From Antedon mediterranea (lineage: Eukaryota > Animalia > Echinodermata), in contig NC_092675.1 in assembly GCF_964355755.1 (NCBI RefSeq), positions 18,634,912 through 18,698,911 of the forward strand: a stretch of DNA of 64,000 nt. Reading direction: 5' to 3'. The position numbers and the translations under genes are program-made. Of this stretch, positions 12,241-23,700 are shown piece after piece; within the stretch, counting starts at the first letter, position 1; each line of letters opens with the position of its first letter. Under the pieces are notes generated by a model, which did not search any database, was not told the origin of the DNA, and worked only from the letters and a program-made list of their open reading frames with translations.

Positions 12241-15200
12241 CTAGATAAAGGTAAACAAAATAAAAATAAAAGAAGCAGTACACTATGTTATGGTAGCATT
12301 GCAGAGGTAGCCTTTAGGTAGTATTTATTGGTGAAGCTAATGAGTAATGTGGTTCTCTACCGTCCTATAAGGAAACCATGCTTCTCTTGACAGGGTAACT
12401 AATCTTTGTTGGAGAAGCTTACAATCTGCTACTAGAATACTTTGACTCCACTACTAGGAGGCCTGGCTTCCTTATAGGGAAGCTTATTTTGCCTATTCAA
12501 GGAGAGAAAGAAGGCTGGTCCCTTTGACAGAAAAGCAGCATCTTGTGAAGAATTTTAAGTGGAGGTAGGTGGAATCTTCATTGAAGACATTGTACTCTTT
12601 AGTTTTCAACGGTAAGTTAAATAGTTAAGAGTCAAGAGCATGTTACTTTAATGACATCCAAAATGATCATCAACATTAATATCATTTATCAATAATTTTT
12701 CTTTGCTAAATTCATTGCACAACCCTTAAAAGTACAGTATTATGGTTAAACTGTTTACTTACCATCCATAATAAATTTAGTGACATCAAGGCCAACGTAA
12801 TCAATTAGTTCAAATGGACCCATTGGATGTCCAGCTCCTAACTTCATTCCAACATCGATGTCTCGTGCACTGGCATCGCCTAAATGTTGAAGTAAAAATA
12901 TCAACGAAAACTTGATTACTGTTGGTTTGTTGGAATAGATGAAGGAAAAATAGATGATATAACATAACAGTAGGCTTTAAAACCATTAATGGGAATTTCA
13001 AAATAAATATTTCAAATGATAAGTGTACTCAGACACAGAAAGATATTAAAATAAAGATTTTTGTTTCAGGACTGAATGTGCGAAGAAGACGTTTTATCAA
13101 GTGTACAGTTTTATTACTCTATATAGATTTATGAACAAGTGTACAAAAAGTTAAAAATTAAAATATATTATCAAATGAATGTCACATAATGTTATAACAG
13201 ACAGTTTTACAATTTCCTTCCAGGTACGGTTGAAACCATGCGTAACAACCATCGAATTCTAGCAGTCATAAACTAGGGGAAAAAAGGGGGGTTGTACTTA
13301 CCTCTGTCGAATAACCTAACAGCTTCCATAAGGTAAGGCACAAGTAGTCGATTAACAATAAATCCAGGTGTATCCTGCAATTAACAATAATAGTTTAGTA
13401 TATCAAAGAATAACTAGTCACTATAAAAAAGAGGATATAAATATTACATGCGGTACAAGAATGAGTAAACATGTTTTACCAATTGAATCTTCCTTCTTGA
13501 CAGGAAGGCCAAAATGTCCAGACAAAAATAAAAGTATTTGCCCCAAAATTATTTCTTTTTATACGGAAGACAGAATTTATGATCAAACAAAAGGTGCTAC
13601 AGAACAAAAACACACCAAACTACAGAGGGCACTACTACATTACAGAAACAAATTCTTGGACATATAAATAGCAGCATTTTCCAGTGATGGCAAAGGCGGA
13701 AAATACATTTGGCAACCCATTTTTTTTTACTTGTTGGAAGGTCTGTAATGGTAAATTAGCACAGAAAGAAAAAAAAGAGGGAATCAAGATTTGAATTTGA
13801 ATAAAATATGTGACCCGATCTCGCAAAACCCTCTCTTTGTCGGCAATTCAAAATTCACGTAATCAGTCAGAATAAGTCCAAATCGACTACCCTGGCAGAT
13901 TTCATGTTTTTGCATTTTCGAAATGTTTCACTATTTAAGAATACGTCTACCTGATTTAAACTCCCAAAATTTAATTAAAATTATGAAAAAAGAGAGTTTT
14001 AAAAACATGTATTTTCCTCAAGCCTAACAATTTATTCACGATCTACGCTAAAATTTTGCGTTGAAAGTTGCCGAGTTTGACGACATTTTGATCGCCAGTT
14101 CGCTGCACAATGTTGAAAGGTCACACATCAAAATAAAGCTCATCCATTTGACATTCCAAATATGGAAGTATTAGGGCGGAGTTTAAAGAAGGAACCAATG
14201 AAAACTTTGATTTACTATGACATAATTTCAGAAAATTCGGTTCTTCGAAGTTTCTGGAACAGCGAACTGTGTGTGTTGCTATGGCGCATCATCGCAATAA
14301 CAAACGTTATTGGTCAACGCGCTAGATGTTATACGCTCTACGCGCGGAAATAAAAAGTTGTTTACATTTTTGTGAGGTTATTTTCATTTTACACACAGCA
14401 TGTCCTAAATTGGAATAAAAACGATTTTAATATTCAAAGTAAAGTGTTCGGCGTGTTCTGCAATAGCTGTAGCCTGTATTTGTTTATACCATAGTAAAAT
14501 AGACAATTCACGACAAAAGTAGGGTTTTGCCAGATCGGGTCACATATGGTGGTGTCATCAACGTAAAGGTAGAACGTTAAATCTTTAGATGAGTTTGGTA
14601 AATCATTTACGTAAAGAAGAAATAAAGAGGACCGAGGAGGGAACCCTGGGGGACACCGCAAGTAAGAGGGAACCCTGGGGGACACCGCAAGTAAGATGTT
14701 TAAAATTTGAAAGTGAAGAATTAATCTTTGTACATTGTTGTCGGTTGCTAAGGTAGTCTTTAAATAGGTTAAGAGAAGATCGACGGATACCGTAATTAAA
14801 TAATTTGGAAATAAGAATACTGTGATTGATAGTATCGAATGTCTTAGAAAGGTAAATGAAAATTCCAGTAAAAAAACTTTGCTTTCAATTGAATCAGAAA
14901 TATTATTTATAAGGTCAATTAAGGCGAAACATGTAGAATATTGTTTTCTAAAACCAAATTGCTTATTATAAAGGATATTATGTTTTTTGATAAAATTATA
15001 TGTACGATCATAAATAATTTTTTCAAGGATTTTGAAAAATAAAGGTAGTAGAATTGATATGGAATGATAGTTATTAGGGTCACTTTTGTCACCTTTCTTG
15101 AAAATAGGAGTTACTTTAGCAATCTTCATGCCGTTCGGGAATACGCCACAAGAGGGACAAAGTTTAAAATGTGCGAAAGAGGGAAAAGAATTGGGTATAT

Positions 15201-18200
15201 AGATTGCTTCACGACTTTGTTATTGATGTCATCAATGCCAGGGGCCTTATTATTCTTAAAGGAGTTAAAAATTTTTAGAATTTCTTCTTTAACTACTGGG
15301 AAAAAACAAATTAATTAATGGGGGATCGAGATATTAGAACCAGAATTAGTGATTTTATGAGCTAATTTAGGTCCGATACTAGTGAAGTGGTCATTAAAAA
15401 GATTTGCAGTTTTTGAGGGATCTTTAGTTAACTTACCCTCAAAGTTCATTTCAATATTATCGAAGTTATTAGTTTTTACGCAGTTTGAGGAGAGAATTGA
15501 TGACACGCCAAGTACAGTACCTTTGATGTTGTTTTTTAGTTCGCTAAATTTATTAGTATAATAATCTTTCTTTACAGTTTTCAAAATTAAATTAAATTTA
15601 TTACGATAACTTTCAATTTAGTTATATTAACATGATTAGGATGTCAGAGGCTTTTAGAATACAGTTTGTGCTTAATTAATTGATTTCAATAAACCATCAG
15701 TGATCAAAGGCTTAAGTTTGATTTTCTTTTTAGATTGATTAATAAGAGGGAAATGCTTGTTGTACAGAAAAGAGTATTTGCTTAAGAATAAATCACATGC
15801 TACGTTGGGGTCCCGGGCATTGATGACATCGTCCCAGGAACAATTTAATAGGTCAGTGCGAAATTTATTAATATTATTAACGTTAATTTGCCTAAACGTG
15901 CGTTTTATATTATTATTAATGTTAGTATTAGTTTTAGCTTTACTTGAGATGTTAAAAACTGGGAGATGTAATAATATTGTCTAAAAGCGTAGAGAGGAGA
16001 GTAATCCGTGTAGGTCTATGAATAAGACTGATATAGGAAAATTATTAAAAAGGCAATTAACAAAATCTTTTATATTATTATCATACTCAAATTTAAGTAC
16101 ATCAACATTAAAATCACCTAAAATATAGATACGCTTATTTTCTTTGGAAAGTCTTTTAATTAATAAATCAAGTTGCTCGTTAAAATATGGAATGTTAATT
16201 ATATGAGGCCTATATATAGTACCAACAATTATATTCTTATCATTGGTTTTTATTTCGGTAAAATGGGATTCACAGAAGTATGGACTGGATGACAAATCGG
16301 CTCTTGTTTTAAAAGAAAGACCGTCTCTGACATACATAAGAACGCCACCACACTTGTACGTACGTAGTTTAAAAGTAATAGAGTTAGGAATATTAATAAG
16401 AGGGTTTTCATGTTTCATCCATGTTTCAGATACAGAAATTACATCAAAATTAAAATTTATGGAATCTAAACAGGATGTGAGGTTATCAACATTTTTTTTT
16501 ATGCTTCTAGCATTAAAATGAATACAAGAAAATGTTCTCTCAAAATAATATAAAGGTGTAGATGTTAAATATTTGTATACATACTTTGCATGACACTGTA
16601 GTTTTGCCTACAGCTTGTCCAAAAGCAACCAGACTATTAAATGTTTCATCACTAGTTTCATCAATTCTTACTACCTGAAGGGAAAAAAGGCCAGACGTCC
16701 TTGAATCGTGAATAAACAATATTATATGTCATCTACAATAATCATGAAATGTTAGCTTCAACATGTACTCAATATTTACCTTATTTTTTTTAATTTCATG
16801 CGCATCCAACAGCGAGTAACTCGCCAATTACAGAATGGATAATATATATATATTTAAAAAAAGATATTATATATTTCAAAATGTATCATGCTTATAAACC
16901 AAGTCTCATTTGAGGTTTAGGGAGTGGAGTTAAAAGAGCCGTGTGTTACTTCTCTGCACTAGGACAGGATTGAACCCTGGACCTTGGGATTGGAAGGCAA
17001 GCCTGTTAACCACCAAGCTACAGTGTTATGCTTACCATGTTTTTTCTCTTGCTTATTTCGGTTTGTTATTTTATATAGTTTTTATTATTTTATAACTCAA
17101 ACCTATTAATAAGTTGTTAGTACATTATTTATCAAATAGTGTGTTAAAGGCCAGGTGCGGGCAAAAAATTTATATTGATCATACATTCCAATAATTATCG
17201 ATCTATAGTTTCCCCTATGTTTCATAATTTTTGGGATTTTATTTGTGTTACACAAGCTTGTTGAAAATAAGCACTTTCATATCAGTTGGGGGGATAGTTC
17301 AAATTACACAGTAAAATCTCTATTCTTTTGTACACAAATTTTGTAAATAGAGAGGCATTTTAAAAAGCTATGAAAAATAAATGGTGTGGTAAAAAATATT
17401 ATCAGATGGCTAAATATACAGTAGGTAATATAACTAGAATATTACATTTCTGATATTTTTATTCAACTTCAGATTTTTATTTTCATGCTATAGCAAAAAT
17501 TCTCCACCGTATATCCACCATCTTTTTTCACCGTCTAAGGAGTCACCAGACATGTTATTACATTAGGTTAACTACCTAACTACTGAAAAAAAGTCTTTCT
17601 GGTTTTTATGGAAGAATTTTGCCAAATTTTGTATTTGACCATATTAAGGGAAATTCATGTTTTTTCGTCTCGATTTCTGTTACAAATATTTGATTTATGT
17701 ACAATTAACCAAATATTATATTTAAAATTCATGCCTGTACCTGAGCTTTAAAACAATTGAGCTGCACTCACTCACTAAACACACACAACAGGTAACAATA
17801 TTAGATAAAAACCATATTTACAATCACATGTGTCCATATTTTGGTAGTACTGTACTTAAATTGTGTTTACCTCTACTAACTTCATCACTGGCACAGGATT
17901 AAAGAAGTGTAGCCCTCCGAATTTGCTCTTACGTTGAGAAGTTTGTGCTATTTCCGAAATTGGTAAAGACGATGTGTTACTAGCAAAAATTGCATTTCTG
18001 AAAAACAAAATAATGAACACATATGAGAATCATAAGAGAAGTTGGTCAATTAGATAGATGATAAAAGACATTTTAAATGTTGATATAATTAGTTATAATA
18101 GATATAATATTTCCCAATTAAATGTACTGAAATGGATAAAATTTACACAAATACTGATGTTAAATAAAACTAGTTTCAGATTTAGAGTTGGGGAAGGAGG

Positions 18201-20742
18201 TGGTGTGATAGGGTGCGATTATTAGTCACTATGTAACGACTAATTCAGAGGACAATTACCTGTGAAATAAACAAGGGGAAATTAATTTTTTTAACACAAT
18301 TTACGGGACCCCACTATTCAGGGGAAACTTTGTTAGCAATAGGGTTTTTACTTAGGCCGTGTTTCCACAGCCAAAAATGAATCGATAAAAAATAACTGAT
18401 AATTAACCGATAAACTCCCAGTGGAAACAGGGTTTAACCGATTCCACTCAAGAAAAATTAACCGATAATTACCTCATTCAAATCAGATAATTAACGGATA
18501 TAAATGCGATTATTTTTAACCTTTTACCCGGAGGCCAAATTGTTGCGATGTGATTGTGCATCTGGTTGTTTGATAATGACTGATCATGCGCACTTTATTG
18601 GTTAAAAAATTAACAGATAATTTGGTTTTGGCTGCGGAAACACGGTCTTAGCACATTCAAATAAACCACAAGGATGTGTACAGTACTGTGGTGCCACTTT
18701 ATCAAGTTTTTCAAAGAGGTCTTGCTTGATTTTGATGTTTTCAACGATGGCTTCGATCACTAAGTCTGCTTCTTTCACTGCTGCCTCAGGATCTGTTTCT
18801 GTTGATATCTGACCCATTGTGGTCTTCATGAAACTTTCACCTCCCTGTATCATATAAATAAATCAGAGGTAATTGATGTGTTAATATTCAAAATAGTAAA
18901 TGACATAAAACCAACTCATTAACAATACAGTGTATGATGTTTTGCAGTAATTTTGTGTTTAAACAATGCTAAACTGTTTATTCCAAAAGCTTGCATGCAA
19001 TTTTGTATTACAGTATTAGTCCTGTTTAACAAGAATAATATTCTGTACTAGATGCATTCATTTTTACAATTGTTTTTATTTTGAAAGTATTGAAGGAGCA
19101 CTATATAAACAATCATCTCAAAATAACAGGATCATAAACAAGCTAGATACCATAACATTCCAAAAATCTGCAAAAAAAGAACTGCTAGTAATTACAGTAC
19201 TCTAATGATCTAAAAATACACTGAAGTCTGGAGTTTAAAAAAAATGCAGGTAGTAAGCCTACTTAGCGTAAATTAGTATTAACAACATAATGATTCTGCC
19301 TTTGTGATGTTCAGTACGCCTGGTTATTCTTCTGCTGCTGGTGTTGACTATTAATGAAGTTCATAGTAATTATTTCCCTTATCCTAAAAGAATTTTAGTT
19401 CTAGGCTTCAGGCCAAAAATGTAAAGAGTTACCACAATTATGGCAGATATAAAGATTTACTTTTTCTTTTATAGCACATGGGCTAACATGGTTGAGGTTT
19501 TGAGATAATGGTACTGTAGTCGGTTATAACATTGAATAAGATTGTTTTCTTCAGGTTGCTTCTTCAAGTGTTTTAGGCACTTTTGAAGACTAAAATTAAT
19601 TTAACTTACTTTTTTATTTACTGTAAGCGGGAGTTAAGTAGGCCTACTTTTAGGATTCATATGGTACTATTTGTGTACACCATAAAACCTCAAAAGAAGC
19701 CCATGAGCTTCTTATTTTTGTAGTATTATTTGGGTGGGCGTCTTTTCAAGATGGGCTTCTTTTCGTACTTACTTTACACACTGAAAAGGAAGCTTTTTTC
19801 TAATGAATGCTGTACATTTTATGAATTACTACTAAAAATATAATGTATTTAGACATCCCTGCCAATCTCAACTCAACGTTGGCATATTTGCCAAGGAAGC
19901 AGACAAGAGAAAAGAGGTGCAATAAAAATACTATCTAGAAAACACTAAATAAATGTCTATTTCTTTGACATTTAAATACAGTACATTCAAAAAGAAAAGA
20001 AGACCATTAGCATTACTATCTTGAAAAGAAACCCAGTGGGCTTGTCTTCAAATGGCCTGCCTTTGTTTTACAAAATAGAATGAAGATACACATGGATGGT
20101 ATTTGGAAACAAATCAACAAATAACTTACAGCAGGATCATCTGCATATTTCTTTTTTGCAACTCTTGCTAAACTTTTCTGAATTCCAGCAACAGATTTCC
20201 CCAAAATCTCATCAGACTGGTCAACAACTACAACATGATGGCCGGTCTGTGCAGCTACCTGGAAAGGACAGTATGTTATTTGTTAGAAACTTATCAATTT
20301 AAAATCATTACAATCCTCCATCTTTTAATAAAAATAGGCCTAGCTACTAAGCTGTAGGCCTAATAACACTGTAATAATAAACAAATAATGCAAAAATAAA
20401 GGCTTATTTATCTAGGCATAGTCTATTATTACGCGGCTAGGCCCTAGCCTAGGTCTACATACTACTAGTACTACCCTGCCCGGCTTTGTCCCGCAGCTGT
20501 GAAAAGTAGTAACGCTAGGCCCCTCTAGGCCTAGGCCTAGCTAGGCTAGGGCCAGGCCTAGGCTATACTAGAATAGGCCTAGCCCAGTCCTAACCTAGTT
20601 ACATCAAAAATATTTTTACCTGAGCAATTCCAGCACCCATTTGACCCCCGCCAATGATAGTTACATTTTTAATAGCCGCCATTCGAGCTACTGAGGTCGA
20701 TAGGCCTCTAGTACAATTTTTTGTAAGGTTTATAAATGACAT
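12119..20742 (-). CDS. HADH: Hydroxyacyl-CoA dehydrogenase, mitochondrial; exons 20742-20620, 20258-20130, 18844-18687, 17997-17871, 16674-16585, 13374-13302, 12879-12763, 12240-12119 (312 aa)
   Basis: Eight exons give a 939-nt ORF with GT-AG sites: transit-peptide-like N-terminus, [13 protein letters not shown] Rossmann motif, [74 protein letters not shown]. Confidence 0.96.
12763..12879 (-). CDS. HADH: HADH exon 7
   Basis: [39 protein letters not shown]. Confidence 0.95.
13302..13374 (-). CDS. HADH: HADH exon 6
   Basis: [24 protein letters not shown]; ttgcag / GTAAGT. Confidence 0.95.
13810..14543. mobile_element. 734-bp non-autonomous DNA transposon with ATAT TSD (Sola1-like by TSD type), inserted in the LINE RT
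   Basis: 39-bp TIRs GTGACCCGATCT(C/G)GCAAAACCCT.. (33/39 match); ATAT at 13806-13809 and 14544-14547; removal restores [17 protein letters not shown]. Confidence 0.88.
14637..14694. repeat. 29-bp tandem duplication over the LINE GVPQGS motif
   Basis: gagggaaccctgggggacaccgcaagtaa x2. Confidence 0.9.
16585..16674 (-). CDS. HADH: HADH exon 5
   Basis: [30 protein letters not shown]; cttcag / GTATGT. Confidence 0.95.
16889..17025 (-). mobile_element. tRNA-derived SINE fragment (HADH intron 4)
   Basis: Minus strand TAGCTTGGTGG (A box) .. GGTTCAATCC (B box) followed by a non-tRNA body; no intact cloverleaf. Confidence 0.7.
17148..17747. mobile_element. Kolobok-type MITE, 600 bp (HADH intron 4)
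   Basis: TTAA on both sides; imperfect TIRs AGGCCAGGTGCGGGCA / AGCTCAGGTACAGGCA (12/16). Confidence 0.72.
17871..17997 (-). CDS. HADH: HADH exon 4
   Basis: [33 protein letters not shown]. Confidence 0.95.
18355..18647. mobile_element. PIF/Harbinger-type MITE, 293 bp (HADH intron 3, ~40 bp from exon 3 donor)
   Basis: TIRs GGCCGTGTTTCCACAGCCAAAA / GACCGTGTTTCCGCAGCCAAAA (20/22), TTA TSD, internal ttaaccgata repeats. Confidence 0.8.
18687..18844 (-). CDS. HADH: HADH exon 3
   Basis: [34 protein letters not shown]; atacag / GTACTG. Confidence 0.93.
20130..20258 (-). CDS. HADH: HADH exon 2
   Basis: [31 protein letters not shown]; cctttccag / GTAAGT. Confidence 0.95.
20335..20598. repeat. TAGGCCTA/CTAG-rich low-complexity array in HADH intron 1
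   Basis: Dense overlapping taggccta, ctaggc, gctag units. Confidence 0.8.
20620..20742 (-). CDS. HADH: HADH exon 1
   Basis: [41 protein letters not shown], donor GTAAAA. Confidence 0.92.
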
Positions 20743-23700
20743 TTTCAGAATGAAAAAAGACACATGCAACGCGATGAGCAACCAGTTTTTAAAAAGAGAG
20801 CGCCCTCTTTCTTTCCCTGATTCTATAACTTTTTTAGCGGGCATAATTATATTAATGAAGAATTTGGTTTTGGATAACAATAGTTATTTGATAGTAGTTG
20901 TTGAAGCGATTCGGACCAGCTCATTTTCATTTTAACTGCCATATCTTCCTACATTTATTGGTTTTATAATGTTATCGTGACTACTTCAAATATTCAATTA
21001 TCACCATTTAACATGGAAAGTAAGTTATCATGTGCCTTGCGTAAACTAATTTAACTAAGAGAGTCACTTAATTTTATATAAGTTTAAGTATGTTTCCTAC
21101 TATAGTATACGTAATATGCCTATTTGCAGTATCAGAATTAATGAAGGTTTTTATACAATTTAACATTTATCTGTCATCTTGGATCCAATTAGACATAAAT
21201 ACCACACCTTCATTTCCCTCTGCGTTCGACAGATTGTTGCTATTGCACGCATCCACACCTACACATACACACAATGAGTAGGCTATCAAAATGACCACAA
21301 TTTTACTTGGCGAATGTACGTCCAATTTTATTTCACTTATTCCAGCATGAACACAGTATGCCTACTGCGGTCTATAAACTCGCGTAGTATTTTGGGTATG
21401 GCCCTTGCGGTTCAATACCTCAAAGGAAAGGCAATGCACACTGACCCTAATGAAATGCGTGTAACATGCGAGGAACTGTAATTGTAATACATGTTTTTTA
21501 CCAATACTTTTTGATAGTCTAATGTAGCTGTAAAGATCAAAGAATTAGGTACAGACACAAAGTGACACATTGCTGTCAAATGTTGATAGCCTTAAGTATA
21601 ATCATCTATGATGTCATTAGCTGAAACTATATATTTTCCAAGTGTTTGTTGTTCTTCGGTAATTTGATTTAACCTAGTATTTTATTAGATTATACAGCCA
21701 ATGTCAATTCGACTTCGGATTGGATAACGAGTTGAAATTAGCCGTGAAGATCGAAACTCTCCGAAGAAAAGGCGATAATGGAAAAATCCAATAATACAAA
21801 ATGTACGAATCTTTAACGAGTGCAACTGAAACAATGTATGGTTATTAAGCCCTTCTTTTACGTAAACTTTCATATGTTGAAATAAAATCCAGTAACTCCT
21901 AGCAATATCACGAGTCAAAAGCCGTACTACCACCCACAAAGCAGATTATACTGAGTTGTATACAAAATATGTGACTTAATCGTAAAAGGCCTACATAGTC
22001 GTACACTTCGCCTCGCGTTGCATCCGTAGTGCGCACGACAAGTATGAAACATCTGGCAATAAAGTTTGTCTACAAAAATGTTACACTCAAATTAAATTTT
22101 CACATTGTTTTCTTTAAGCAATTATGATCTGGGTTTTTCAAATTATTGCTTATATAAGGAGACTGAACCTGTTCCTGAACAATTTGTTTGTTTTAATTTT
22201 GTTGTAGGCCTATATAGTATAGGCCTAATTGACGTCTTTAGCCTGGCAGTTTCAAACGTCAGGTTCGATGTCAAAAGTATCAGTGTCTTAATTCACAGTA
22301 GGTTAGTTAAATATATGAAAATAAAATATTCTACCAGCTTTATTTAATTATATGGATATTGTTTTTCGGTGATTTGATATTTGGTTATGTATTTATACCT
22401 TTGTTTACTTAGTTGAATGACACGACCATGGAAATAAAATCGTTTAAAATAAAGTTAATTCTAATGTTGATAGCACCTAAACAAAAAAAGTCTTCTCAAA
22501 ACCATACAGCAACATCCTATAAGCTCTACCAATAAAAAAAAACAAATAAAAATTTAGGCCTATGTTCATTTTGCCAAATATTATATCAAAAATGTATATA
22601 GCTTTACCTAACGCCTACCAATTTCAAGTCGACTAGCAAAACTTTTGTCATGTATTAAAAAAAAGTCTTTCATTCTAAAGCCATCAATCAAAAGTGGACA
22701 TAGTACAAAAATAGCACAAAACAGTCCTGATGGGTAACTTGTGAGTTCTCCTTGTATACAATGGTACACCATTTGTGTAAATTCGGGAGTTTGTAAAGCG
22801 ATTTGAAAGGGGTATTAGCACAAGAACAATGTTTGTAAGAATACATAGTTTAATTGATGTGCAGTTGATGAATTATTAAATCGGTTTGAGTTCGTTAGGG
22901 TGAAACATTGGACCAGTTCTTACAATGTATACTCATGTTAGAGTACTGTTATTACATTAAATGTTAATGACTTCTTATATTTGATTGAAGCGAAGTTAAA
23001 ATTCCATTTTTCTTTTAGAATTATTACATTTAAAAGTAATTATAAGTCGTATAATATAAATACGTTCCCAATAACTATAACAGAATGAACGTTGCTCTTT
23101 TCAAATAATAATTATTTGAACATGAAATGTGATAAGTCTATATATGGCACTACATGTTATTGCACGTATCATTGATTAAATCTCAAATTGCAAGTGAAAT
23201 ATCTTTGCTATTCTTAATTTAAACTGACCCGAAGGTACTTTCAAACTTGTTCTTTAATAAACCAAATAACAACATAAGGCTAACTAATGATAATAGTATA
23301 TGAATAATAACACCATTTATACGAAATCCTGAATCATAATACTAATTATCAGTACATGATTATACCATCTTCAATATTTTTTTATGATACACCAAATGGA
23401 ATAAATAACTATAAACCTTAAATAACTACTAATAATAATAACTAATAATGGTCAGTATGTATAATAGGTACAATTATAATTGATACAGTATACTTATATT
23501 CATAATTCTTTATATACAGTAAAATTGCATTTGGGACAACCGTATGGGGACAACGATTCTTGTATGGATGTATACGGGGCAGCTGTATGAACCCCCAATC
23601 AGAAGACATTTCAGTGAGTCCCGAAGGTGTCCCATATAGTTGGATTCTACTATATAGGCCTAGATTAAACACATTAGAACGACCTAAAAAATGTTCTTTT

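Larger units (their letters stand above)
13770..16545 (-). mobile_element. Decayed CR1-group LINE ORF2 (APE endonuclease + RT) in HADH intron 5, interrupted by a DNA transposon
   Basis: [79 protein letters not shown] region, [16 protein letters not shown]; many frameshifts and stops. Confidence 0.92.

Noticed and set aside
14434-15129. 231-aa ORF as an intact RT gene
   Set aside because: Chimera of frameshifted LINE RT and the inserted DNA transposon TIR
16950-17025. Functional tRNA
   Set aside because: A/B boxes are present but the acceptor and anticodon stems do not pair fully and a SINE-like body follows
20599-20880. Longer HADH N-terminus from the ORF track start at 20880
   Set aside because: Starts at a non-ATG codon; ATG 20742 gives the expected ~312-aa protein with a transit-peptide-like start
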